From Macrostomum lignano (taxonomy: Eukaryota): 64,000 nucleotides of DNA. Where the stretch lies: contig NIVC01000176.1 of NCBI GenBank assembly GCA_002269645.1, positions 558,001 through 622,000 of the forward strand. The letters are read 5' to 3'. Position numbers and translations under genes: made by a program. Shown piece by piece: positions 11,301 through 23,544 of this stretch. The notes under the pieces were generated by a model. It was not told the DNA's origin, searched no databases, and worked only from the letters and a program-made list of their open reading frames with translations. Within the stretch, counting starts at the first letter, position 1. Every line of letters starts with the position of its first letter.

Positions 11301-12823
11301 TTGGGCCGCCTCGTGGCGAGCAACTCTCCACCCACTCCATTTCCTGTAATGCTAATCGGCCTTACATCCTATCTGTGTTCTCCCCCTCTTTACCCTCTGG
11401 GTTCTCCCCCTCTTTTCCCTCAGTATACTCCCTCTCATTCCCCTCTGCTTACTCCTGTCTTATATTATTCCCTAAATCCCCATTTGAAAAGTACAAAACT
11501 TACCTCATAGCTGTCGAGCAGTGCAAACTGAGCTCCTCCCGGAATCTCAGGCTCCTCAGCCGCTGCCGCAGGCAAACTCACAGCGGGCTTAACCGTGTTC
11601 TTCTTGTACGGGTTGGGCATCTCGCCGGACTCGTGCGACTTGTCGAAGTGCCTGCCGAGGTCCCACTTCCACTTGTAGGTGCAGCCGCAGACGACGCACA
11701 CGTGAGGCCGGGCATTGGAGTGCACCATGATGTGCTTCTGCAGCTCCGTGGGCCACTTGGCGAAGTAGTCGCACTCGGGACACTTGAACCCGATCGTGTC
11801 GCCGTTCTCCAGCCGCACCATGGTGGCCTCGACGTTGAGCTCCTTGTTGTCGACTGCGGACGACTTCCAGGACTTGGTGTTGTCGAACTCGGACATCAGC
11901 GAGTGCAGATGCGACTTCTCGAAGTGGCCGTTCAGGTCGCGCAGGCACAAGAAGGTCTGGCGGCACTGGTGGCACGACGTCACCGGCTGGCGGCCGCCGC
12001 CGCCGCTGAAGTCGCAGGAGCTTCGGTCGTCGTCGACTTCGTCTCGAACTTCGGCGGCGGCAGTCGAGCTAGCAAGAATTCGTCCGGGCAGTCGAAGGTC
12101 CAACGGAGCGTCGGACTCTTCGGCGGCGGCTGCAGCGGCGGGTCGCTTTGAAGTGCCGTTGCCGAGGGAGAAGTCGGCCTCGGCGCCAGCTGATGGCACT
12201 CGCTTCACCGGTCGGAAACTCTGCATTGGCGGCGGTGGAAGCGGCGGTGGCGGCGGCGGCAGCGGTGGGAGAGGCGCGTTCTCGAGGCCGGCAGCCGCAG
12301 CCCGGTCGGGAAGCCAAGACCGCCATGGCGGAGGCTGCAGCGGCGAAGTTTGATGCTGATGCTGCTGATGATGAAGTGGCGTCAAACGAAGTGGAGTTGG
12401 CTTCCTGAGAACTCCTGAGTGCTGCGACTGTGGCTGCTCGGTTCGGCCTGATCGGATTAAGAGTCGGTAGTCGGTTTTATCATAACTAATTAATCTATTA
12501 TTAATCCCTTCTCTCGCCTCCCCTGGCCCTTGAGTTGAGGGATAGATTCTATCGTGTGTAAAAGTTATTAAACCATGCAAGCAACACTTACCAGAGAACG
12601 AACTGCCGCCGCTGCCACTCAGCAGTCGGTGATACTCCTGAAGCCCAGCTGCGGTAGGCTGATAGTTTAACTGCCGATTTAAACAGTTTTGAAGCGCGGG
12701 TCGGCTAGTTAAACTGTTTAAATAATAGGATGAAGATTGGGATTCTGTGTCGGCTTCGGCTGCGGCGGCGGCTGCGGTGGCGGCTGCTGTCAGATATGAA
12801 TAGTAAATCTGATGATGGTGCAT
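8367..12823 (-). CDS. C2H2 zinc-finger transcription factor ZF-B, paralog of ZF-A, complement(join(8367..8513,9426..9974,11504..12447,12592..12823)), about 623 aa
   Basis: Same first five fingers as ZF-A and a PLDLR motif (12092-12106). All introns are GT-AG with consistent phases (1,0,0). Last exon encodes RILNGSG...AAVE and stops at TGA 8367-8369. Confidence 0.88.
8590..9330. repeat. 18-bp GGGATCAGAGGGACTTGT array in ZF-B intron 3
   Basis: Direct reading. Confidence 0.95.
10070..11000. repeat. 25-27-bp TCTGATCCCATATCCC(C)ATCTCACAC array in ZF-B intron 2
   Basis: Direct reading. Confidence 0.95.
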
Positions 12824-12852
12824 TGCTTCGCTTTGCTTTCTGCTTGATATAA

Positions 12853-13003
12853 CTAAATAGAATTTACTGAAGTCTTAATGATGTATGTATGTATATATAA
12901 TACCAGTGAGAGGGGGTTGTTGATTAGATTCACTGCCAACTCTCGAAGCAATCTCATTGGCTGGCGATCGGCGGGGGGCTGGTGATAGAACGCCCGCCAT
13001 TGG
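12853..13003 (-). promoter_or_regulatory. Putative ZF-B 5' region: 51-nt 5'UTR intron (12853-12903) and two CCAAT boxes (12956-12960, 12999-13003) with an adjacent GC-box-like element
   Basis: On the minus strand: CACTG|GTATT donor, TCTATTTAG| acceptor 29 nt before the ATG, and CCAAT twice 130-180 nt upstream. Motif match only. Confidence 0.35.
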
Positions 13004-13374
13004 TCCTTGTGGGTTGGCTTTTCAATTTGACGAAAATCACCTCACCTACCTACGTGTTTGAAGTGTCTCGGGAGTTTAGGAAGTCTGAGCCTGCGGGATG
13101 TCAGAATTGCGAGTCCTATGTGACGATTTATTATTTTTCGAATTGGCAGATTTTCTATTGTGTTCTTATGGATTGCTTTTGTAGAAATTCCCTGATCAAA
13201 TTCCCTAAACTCTCTGGCAAAAGTCAAAAGAACTTCTGAGGGAGGGTTCAACAGCTCAAGACTCTGGAATGGTTGCTAAAAAGTTGCGCTTGACGCTTCA
13301 AGTTTACAGGGGGCGCCAGCAATCTTTTATAGAAGTAGCGCGAAAGAAACAACAAGAAAGGGCGGAGGGGTCAG

Positions 13375-13970
13375 GGGCGAAAGGATCGGGGCGGAAGGAT
13401 CGGTGGCGGAAGGATCGGGGGCGGAAGGATCGGGGGCGGAAGATCGGGGCCGGGAGGATCGGGGCGGGAGGATCGGGGCCGGGAGGATCGGGGTGGAAGG
13501 ATCGGGGGCGGAAGGATCTGCGGCGGAATGATCGGGGGCGGAGGATCGGGGGCGGAAGGATCGGGGCGGAAGGATCGGGGGCGGAATGATCGGGGGCGGA
13601 AGGATCGGGGGCGGAATGATCGGGGGCGGAATGGTCGGGGGCGGAATGATCGGGGGCGGAAGGATCGGGGCGGAAGGATCGGGGGCGGAAGGATCGGGGC
13701 GGGAGGATCGGGGGCGGAAGGATCGGGGGCGGAAGGATCGGGGGCGGAATGATCGGGGGCGGAAGGATCGGGGCGGAATGATCGGGGGCGGAATGATCGG
13801 GGGCGGAAGGATCGGGGCGGAAGGATCGGGGGCGGAAGGATCGGGGCGGAAGGATCGGGGGCGGAAGGATCGGGTGCGGAAGATCGGGGCCGGGAGGATC
13901 GGGGGCGGGAGGATCGGGGGCGGAAGGATCGGGGGCGGAAGGATCGGGGCGGAAGGATCGGGGGCGGAAG
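13375..13970. repeat. 14-15-bp GGATCGGGGGCGGAA array
   Basis: Direct reading. Confidence 0.95.
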
Positions 13971-14974
13971 GAGCGCCAAAATCCAGAAAAATTATTTAGT
14001 TTGGTTACACACACTAATTTACAGATTATTATTGGTATTACGCTCGTAATAGACTTAGATAATAACTTAGTATGACAAGTTTGCAAGTAAGTATAAGTAA
14101 GGTCTGCAAATTAAATTTTATAACACAATTGGTTACAAATTTTATTACACTATAATATTATATTAAAGTTGAATTTTGAAGACATCGAGCCTCCCCCCCG
14201 CCGAGCCCCGCGCAGATCAAGACGACTTTTTATGGCCAACGGCCCCCTATACACTTAACACAGGCAGCCAGAGATCAGCATGGATACTGATATTCATCAA
14301 TTGATAAGAAGAAATGTTTGATAAGAATTAAATGCGCCTTTGAACTTCAAGACTTTATAACAGACTTATTAGTTTTATTGCATATACTCTAGTATAGATA
14401 GGTTGTTTAATGAAAATATAAATTGAACTAACTATATAGTATGCATAGTGGTTTACAAGTGCCTGAAATTTTTTGGTATGCAATTAATTATTTTAACCCC
14501 TAACTAATACTAGGCCTACAGACTAGGGGTTGCGTGTCGGATTTACAGAGAGAGAATAGCTTAGTTACTCATTATGTTGCCTATAGTAATATATAGTTTC
14601 TATACTATACCTCAGTTCAGTCAGTCATGCTCTCACTGTCTGCCTCAATAACTAGGCTAATGAATAGCTCTTATACCTTCATCATACATAGATAGTTTAA
14701 TCTAAGATTCTGCAGTAAGGGACGAAGGTGTCAGCTCGTCTGCCAGTCTGTCACCTTCTTCATAGCATGGCAACTATAAGAGAAATCGCTTCTAAAATGT
14801 GAAATCCTGATTCCTTATAAGCCATTATAAGCATTGGGTGTGAAGTTATACTTTACACTTTCAATTCAAAGTGAATTCATGCACTCGAGTCACTCGGGCA
14901 GGCGGTGGGCGTTGAAGTTTTCATTTGAAGTCACTTCTCTCCTTTTCTCGCTTGAGTATGCGGCGACCGGGACC

Positions 14975-15330
14975 GGGGGCGGAAGGATCAGGGGCGGAAG
15001 GATCGGGGGCGGAAGGATCTGCGGCGTAAGGATCCGGGGCGGAAGGATCGGGGGCGGAAGGACCAGTGGGCTGAAGGATCGGGGGGCGGAAGGTTCAGTG
15101 GGCGGAAGGATCGGGGGGCGGAAGGACCAGTGGGCGGAAGGATCGGGGCGGAGGATCGGGGGCGGAAGGATCGGGGGGCGGAAGGACCAGTGGGCGGAAA
15201 GATCGGGGGGCGGAAGGACCATTGGGCGGAAGGATCGGGGGGCGGAAGGACCAGTGGGCGGAAAGATCGGGGGGCGGAAGGACCATTGGGCGGAAGGATC
15301 GGGGGGCGGAAGGACCAGTGGGCGGAAGGA
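14975..15330. repeat. Second array of the GGATCGGGGGCGGAA family with GGACCAGTGGGCGGAA variants
   Basis: Direct reading. Confidence 0.92.
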
Positions 15331-15872
15331 CTTGGATGCAGCTGCCCATGGCCATGGTGAGTGGTGACTCATTGATCAATGCAAAGAATCTCAATAGTTT
15401 TTCACTTGAAGCAGCCAGCAGGGTTTGTCTTGCAGGTGTTTCTCCCATCCTGACCCCGAGAGTCGAGAGTGACCTTTTTACGTTCGTATTATACGATAAA
15501 CCACGAGGTCCCATTGCGAGGTGGTTTATAGTTTGTGTTAAGAAACACCCGCCAGGGCCATGGAAACTCAGTCAAGTCAATGCAAATTCCTTTATCCGTG
15601 CTTTTTAAAGAACTTAATTTGAAATCGAATCAGTTCTTTGCTTGCAGGGCCGTCTGTGAGCTTTGTTTGAGTTTGTTTTCCCCATTGTGAAAGGCGTCCA
15701 CTTCTTCATCATTTTCCAATATGCAACGCTCAAGCTCAACCCGATGTATAGCAGAATAAATAAAAGTTTCAATGTCAATTGAAGACTTTGGCATGCTTTG
15801 TGTTTTAACAGGCCTTGCTTGTGCAGTCAGGCCTGCAACATCTGCATGGTGTGGCTTAAATTGGAATTTAAT

Positions 15873-16762
<890 letters not shown>

Positions 16763-17399
16763 GCAACCTATCAACCAGTAGTAAAAATGACAGTCCCTGA
16801 TTAAACTGCTTTGAGTCCCCCTTTGACACGGTGACCATTGTATCCAAGTAGATTATGTGCAATTAAAGCGTGCGACACAAAAGTTTGGTTAAGTTTCTGG
16901 GCCTCCTTATGTATCATAAATCAGTTTTTTGACGCGAATATCCTCATCTCAGGACAGAACAAAATGTCATATATATTTGTGTCCGCCTAGCACTGAAATC
17001 TCTGTCATCCTAAATAAATTAATAAAAACACAAGTCCGTTACCAGGGCCCGGATAGCAACATCTTTGAAACGTGGGTTGGCGTCATTAATCGTTTGTGAT
17101 TGTTCATGCAGCATATCATTGGCAGCTGTTGGTTGTCTCCAGTGCCATTAGGGGCATGCTGCGTACAAGCTGCAACGGTAATGAAATATTGTGCAACTTT
17201 TTTTCTTAATCTAAGAATGCGAGAGACCTCAATAATCGAATTTGACAGCAGAGTCAGTGAAGCGTACTTTCTCGAATAATCAGTAGCATAAGTCTTCGTT
17301 CAACCTTTGAGACAATTCTTTGGTGATTCCAAAAACTACCAATTCCTCTCGACATAATCCTAAATCCTCTACATGTAGAGATCTTTTAGAGACTCCTGG

Positions 17400-18290
17400 A
17401 TTTTTTAGAAAGATCCCAACTCCTCTAGAGAGATCCCAAAAACTCTCAAATTCTCTAGAGAGATCCCAAAAATCCCAAATCTTCTAGATAGATCCCGAAA
17501 GCTCCCAAATCCTCCAGAGAGATCTTAAAAACCCCAAATCCTCTAGACAGATCCCGAAAACTCTCAAATCCTCGATAGAGATCCCAAAAAACTCCCAAAT
17601 CCTCTAGAGAGATCCCGAAAACCCCAAATCCTCTAGAGAGATCCCGAAAACCCCAAATCCTCTAGAGAGATCCCGAAAATCCCAAATCATCTAGAGAGAT
17701 CCCGAAAAACTCCCAAATCCTCTAGAGAGATCCCGAAAACCCCAAATCCTCTAGAGAGATCCCGAAAATCCCAAATCCTCTAGAGAGATCCCGAAAATCC
17801 CAAATCCTCTAGAGAGATCCCGAAAACCCCAAATCCTCTAGAGAGATCCCGAAAACCCCAAATCCTCTAGAGAGATCCCGAAAATCCCAAATCCTCTAGA
17901 GAGATCCCGAAAATCCCTAATCCTCTAGAGAGATCCCGAAAATCCCTAATCCTCTAGAGAGATCCCGAAAATCCCTAAACCTCTAGAGAGATCCCGAAAA
18001 TCCCTAAACCTCTAGAGAGATCCCGAAAATCCCTAATCCTCTAGAGAGATCCCGAAAATCCCTAAACCTCTAGAGAGATCCCGAAAATCCCAAATCCTCT
18101 AGAGAGATCCCGAAAACCCCAAATCCTCTAGAGAGATCCCGAAAACCCCAAATCCTCTAGAGAGATCCCGAAAATCCCAAATCCTCTAGAGAGATCCCGA
18201 AAGCTCCCAAATCCTCTAGAGAGATCCCGAAAACTCCCAAATCCTCTAGAGAGATCCCGAAAACTCCCAAATCCTCTAGAGAGATCCCAG
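17400..18290. repeat. About 30-bp AGAGATCCCGAAAATCCCAAATCCTCTAG array
   Basis: Direct reading. Confidence 0.95.
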
Positions 18291-19059
18291 ATACTCACAG
18301 TTCTAAGAAGATTCAAGCTATGAGATCTACCCAACAATCATAATTCTCCAATCTCCATATCGCACACAGACCAGTGTTTTTCTCAGAATACCATAAGAAG
18401 CCAATTTTAGCATAATTATCTCCTCGCCCAGAAATTCCCCAGAAATTCAGTCATAAATAATGATAATTGAGACGAGGATTCAATGGCCAACCTCATTTAT
18501 TGTTCGGTAATGATCCCAATTGTTCGACGCGTGCTGTATCCGCAAATTAGTGCGCGTCTTTTGCTGACTGTTGTTGCTATGCAAAAACGCCCAACCCCAT
18601 ATTACCCTATATTGATTACGCAACAGGCAATTTGGACCCCAGTTCTGCTGGCAGCAAAATTTGCAGGGACGAATAAATTAACTCAATTGTTCCATTTTTA
18701 TAGAACTTGGCATTGAAACTCAGGTGCTATGATAATATTCTTGGGGACCTATTATACTCATATTTAGAAAGAATTTTTTAGTTAGGTGTTAACGAGAGTT
18801 TTCCAGACAATAAATTTATTTTTTCGCGTGTGCAGTCCCGCGTGTGCATGACTTCTTTTCATGTATTCTCTGCAGCTGCAAGGCGGGCGCGCGGTTTGAC
18901 AATAGGGAAAATTTGCAGGCAATTTTGACTTCACCATCATGAATATGGAGGAATTGTATTAGTTTAATTACAGTGACGCGCATTTTGGCAGCTTTTGAAA
19001 GCAGCACATTTCCTTTAATATGCACTTCTTTCCTCTGTCCCGTCCTCTTCTCATACTCT

Positions 19060-19975
19060 CTCCCCACTCATTTCCGCCCCTCTCCCACTCACTCCCGCTC
19101 TCTCCCGCTCTCTCCCGCTCTCTCCCGCTCTCTCCCGCTCTCTCCCGCTCTCTCCCGCTCTCTCCCGCTCTCTCCCGCTCTCTCCCTCTCTCTCCCGCTC
19201 TCTCCCGCTCTCTCCCGCTCTCTCCCGCTCTCTCCCGCTCTCTCCCGCTCTCCCCCGCTCTCTCCCGCTCTCTCCCGCTCTCTCCCGCTCTCTCCCGCTC
19301 TCTCCCACTCACTCCCGCTCTCTCCCACTCACTCCCGCTCTCTCCCGCTCTCTCCCGCTCTCTCCCGCTCTCTCCCGCTCTCCCCCGCTCTCTCCCGCTC
19401 TCTCCCGCTCTCTCCCGCTCTCTCCCGCTCTCTCCCGCTTTCTCCCTCTCTCTCCCGCTCTCTCCCTCTCTCTCCCGCTCTCTCCCTCTCTCTCCCGCTC
19501 TCTCCCGCTCTCTCCCGCTCTCTCCCGCTCTTTCCCGCCCTCTCCCGCCCTCTCCCGCCCTCTCCCGCCCTCTCCCGCTCTCTCCCGCTCTCTCCCCCTC
19601 TCTCCCGCTCTCTCCCTCTCTCTCCCGCTCTCTCCCTCTCTCTCCCGCTCTCTCCCGCTCTCTCCCGCTCTCTCCCGCTCTCTCCCGCTCTCTCCCGCTC
19701 TTTCCCGCTCTCTCCCTCTCTCTCCCGCTCTCTCCCTCTCTCTCCCGCTCTCTCCCGCTCTCTCCCGCTCTCTCCCTCTCTCTCCCGCTCTCTCCCTCTC
19801 TCTCCCGCTCTCTCCCTCTCTCTCCCGCTCTCTCCCGCTCTCTCCCGCCCTCTCCCGCCCTCTCCCTCTCTCTCCCGCTCTCTCCCGCTCTCTCCCGCTC
19901 TCTCCCGCTCTCTCCCGCCCTCTCCCCCTCTCTCCCGCTCTCTCCCCCTCTCTCCCTCTCTCCCTCTCTCTTTCG
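19060..19975. repeat. 10-bp CTCTCCCGCT array
   Basis: Direct reading. Confidence 0.97.
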
Positions 19976-20639
19976 ATCTCTTCCCAATTTCTCCCACTCT
20001 TTCAGTTTATTCAGATTTATCCAGATTCTTCTCAATATTCCTGTTACAACAACCCCAAAGCGACCCCTTATGGGCCCAGCTGAAATTTCAAGTTCACCCC
20101 AGTCCTGAGCTATTGACAGAATTTGTAAACAGGTAAATACGAGTATAAGAGTCAGCAAGAACATGCTGGCGTATGATGACAAAATCTGAAGCAGAGCTGT
20201 AAAATAGACCAGAGGCCAAATCAATCCTATATACTAAAAATTCGCTTTCTCTTGTCATCTCGACACGGTTGGTTTATTACACAACCGCAGCCGCGTCATC
20301 TGCACGCTTCTAAAATAAAATTTGAATACACACAATCAAAATGCATTTACTGATTGTTGCACAAACAAATAAACAACACTAACTATATTGCAACTCGTCA
20401 GGCAACCAAGCTTGATCGCAAAATTGTGCGAAGTGTGCCGGGAAACGCCAACTACGGGGGGTGGGGGTGGGGGTGGGGTAGGGGGTCAGGCAAATCACGT
20501 GATTTTTGAAGCTTGACTATACAGTTTTCGGGAAGCTCTGGAAGCTGTGGAATTCGCACTGCATTTTGGGGCTTTCCCGCTTAAAAGTTAGAGAGATGAA
20601 GAAAGGGAAAACATAAGATAATGGAAAGTGGTAGGGAGT

Positions 20640-20765
20640 TGGGGAGAGGGGAGAGGAAGGGAGAGAATGGGAGGAGAGAGCGGAGAAGGGGAGGAGAGAG
20701 CGGAGAAGGGGAGGAGAGAGCGGAGAAGGGGAGGAGAGAGCGGAGAAGAGAAGTAGAGAGCGGAT
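20640..20765. repeat. Short 20-bp GGGGAGGAGAGAGCGGAGAA array
   Basis: Direct reading; about 4 clean copies. Confidence 0.8.
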
Positions 20766-21414
20766 TTAAGAGGGACAAAATAAGGCGGAGGAGAGTGAAA
20801 ACAGCGCAGAAAAGATGGTAGAGACAGTGAAGAACTTAACTGCTAACCTACAAGAAACCTATAAGCCAGAGCCTAACAATCTTGGCTTGTAATTAAATCA
20901 TCAGAAATATTGCGCCAACCAAATAGGCTGCTAATCCTCTGAGAAGGCTAAAAGCACCCTGTTGGTTCCTTTGCTCCACCCGCTTGTTCCTGTAATCCTC
21001 CAACTCGAAGTCTCAAACCATATAGAGTGGGCGAGTAGGGTGGGCCGGCCCGCTCAACAAGAGTCGCCTGCTGGGTAAATCCTTAAAACCTGCGGATCTG
21101 ATTTCAAGATGCTGGGTGTTCGAGCTAGATGATGTAGGCGGAGTCTGGTGTGTATCCTGCTGAGAGAAAAAAATTTTAGGATTTACAATATACGGCCTGT
21201 GTGTGTGTGTGGTCGAGGAAAATTCTACTCGGGTAATAAGGCAATGATGTCTGTCGATGAACTCCGCCCTCAGCTTCTTTGTCGGTTGTCTAAAATTGTG
21301 TTAAAGCGCATCACAGTATTATAGCTGCCTGCTGAGAGGGAGAGTTCTCCCATGGCAGATTGAGCCAACCTGTTATGAGCACCGAATTTTATGGCTATTA
21401 ACGTTACTGAGAGT

Positions 21415-22853
21415 GAATAGAGGGTGAGAGCGGAGAGAGGGTGAGAGTGGAGAGAGGGTGAGAGCGGAGAGAGGGTGAGAGTGGAGAGAGGGTGAGAGTG
21501 GAGAGAGAGATAGTGAGAGTGGAGAGAGGGGGTGAGGGTGAAGAGAGGGTGAGAGTGGAGAGAGGGTGAGAGCGGAGAGGTGAGAGTGAAGAGAGGGTGA
21601 GAGTGGAGAGAGGGTGAGAGCGGAGAGGTGAGAGTGAAGAGAGGGTGAGAGTGGAGAGAGGGAGAGTGAGAGTGGAGAGAGAGGGTGAGAGCGGAGAGGT
21701 GAGTGCGGAGAGAGGGTGAGAGCGGAGAGGTGAGAGCGGAGAGAGGGTGAGAGCGGAGAGGTGAGAGCGGAGAGGTGAGAGCGGAGAGGTGAGAGCGGAG
21801 AGAGGGTGGGAGTGGAGAGAGAGGGTGAGGGTGAAGAGAGGGTGAGAGCGGAGAGAGGGTGAGAGCGGAGAGAGGGTGAGATTGGAGAGAGGGTGAGAGC
21901 AGTAGCGCAACCAGAAATTTTTCAAGGGGGGGGCGGATTCTGAGGGTAAAGTCCCGGGAGGGGGGGGGGCGGCGGAGGGGTGGCTCTGTTTTTGGCGAAA
22001 ATTCGCTTGGTCCCCCCTTTGATTTTTTTTCGGTCCCCCGCCTAAGGGGGGGGCGACCGCCCCCCGCCCCCCCCTGGTTGCGCCACTGGGTGAGAGTGGA
22101 GAGAGAGGGTGAGAGTGGAGAGAGAGGGAGAGTGGAGAGAGAGGGTGAGAGTGGAGAGAGAGGGTGAGAGTGGAGAGAGGGTGAGTGGAGAGAGAGGGTG
22201 AGAGTGGAGAGAGAGGTTGAGAATGGAGAGAGAGGGGAAGTGGAGAGAGATGGTGAGAATGGAGAGAGAGGTGAGAGTGGAGAGAGAGGTTGAGAATGGA
22301 GAGAGAGGGTGAGTGGAGAGAGAGGTGAGAGTGGAGAGAGAGGTTGAGAATGGAGAGAGAGGGAGAGTGGAGAGAGATGGTGAGAATGGAGAGAGAGGTG
22401 AGAGTGGAGAGAGAGGGAGAGTGGAGAGAGATGGTGAGAATGGAGAGAGAGGTGAGAGTGGAGAGAGAGGGAGAGTGGAGAGAGAGGGTGAGAGTGGAGA
22501 GAGAGGTGAGAGTGGAGAGAGAGGGGAAGTGGAGAGAGATGGTGAGAATGGAGAGAGAGGTGAGAGTGGAGAGAGAGGGAGAGTGGAGAGAGAGGGTGAG
22601 TGGAGAGAGAGGTGAGAGTGGAGAGAGAGGTTGAGAGTGGAGAGAGAGGGAGAGTGGAGAGAGATGGTGAGAATGGAGAGAGAGGTGAGAGTGGAGAGAG
22701 AGGGAGAGTGGAGAGAGATGGTGAGAATGGAGAGAGAGGTGAGAGTGGAGAGAGAGGGAGAGTGGAGAGAGATGGTGAGAATGGAGAGAGAGGTGAGAGT
22801 GGAGAGAGAGGGAGAGTGGAGAGAGATGGTGAGAATGGAGAGAGAGGTGAGAG
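21415..22853. repeat. 17-21-bp purine-rich GAGAGTGGAGAGAGGGT array interrupted by a MITE
   Basis: Direct reading. Confidence 0.95.
21900..22088. mobile_element. hAT-type MITE, 189 bp
   Basis: TIRs CAGTAGCGCAACCAG / CTGGTTGCGCCACTG (14 of 15 match) and an 8-bp duplication GGTGAGAG at 21892-21899 and 22089-22096. CAG termini with an 8-bp TSD are typical of hAT elements. Confidence 0.78.
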
Positions 22854-23544
22854 CTGAAGTTTCCCAAAGCGATTGACCTTTGCAGCACTATTTCGCATCC
22901 AAGATTTCCATATGACATTGCGCCCAAGTCCTGTTTGTGTCTGAATCGCACCCACGCACAGAGTCCAAGGACAGAGTTCCAATGTCATTCGCTTTCATTA
23001 TCATTAATTGTTTATTCAAATTTTGCTCTCAGAATCGCAGGTGAGGAATTTTAAATTTGTCACGTACAAATCTCTCCAAAAAGTAGCCGGTGGATCTGTG
23101 CCAAATCAGTATATTATATTATCTAGCCAGCCAACTTTTGGATTTCAAATTCCGAGGTTCTGCCTTGAACGCATGGCAGCGTCCATCTGATGCAGACATC
23201 TGGTGGGAATGTCTGACAAAGTTTTTTGTCGAATTTGAAACCCTCACGCCTGCCTTCAACCGCTCTGTGCACAGCGTCAAATGGCCATCGTATTACGCAA
23301 CCAAGCTCTCCAAGATGTCAATCTGGGACCTGAAAAACATCGCTTGCCAGAATTAAGAAGCGCAGCGCGTGTCTCGCGGTCCATTACGTCTTTGACGAGC
23401 CAAGATAAAGATGGAAAGTTAAAAGTTTGCGACAAAAATCCCCACATCTTCAATTGCAGACTGCTATATCTTTGATTTTTATCGAATTGCAATGGAAAAT
23501 CTATATACCGGTAGAATAAGCGTATGAATAGAGGTTGGAAAGTT

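Noticed and set aside
20900-21340. Two minus-strand acceptor-like sites (TCTCAGCAG) followed by short open frames
   Set aside because: The frames stop within 20-50 codons, have no recognisable homology and cannot be linked to upstream exons.
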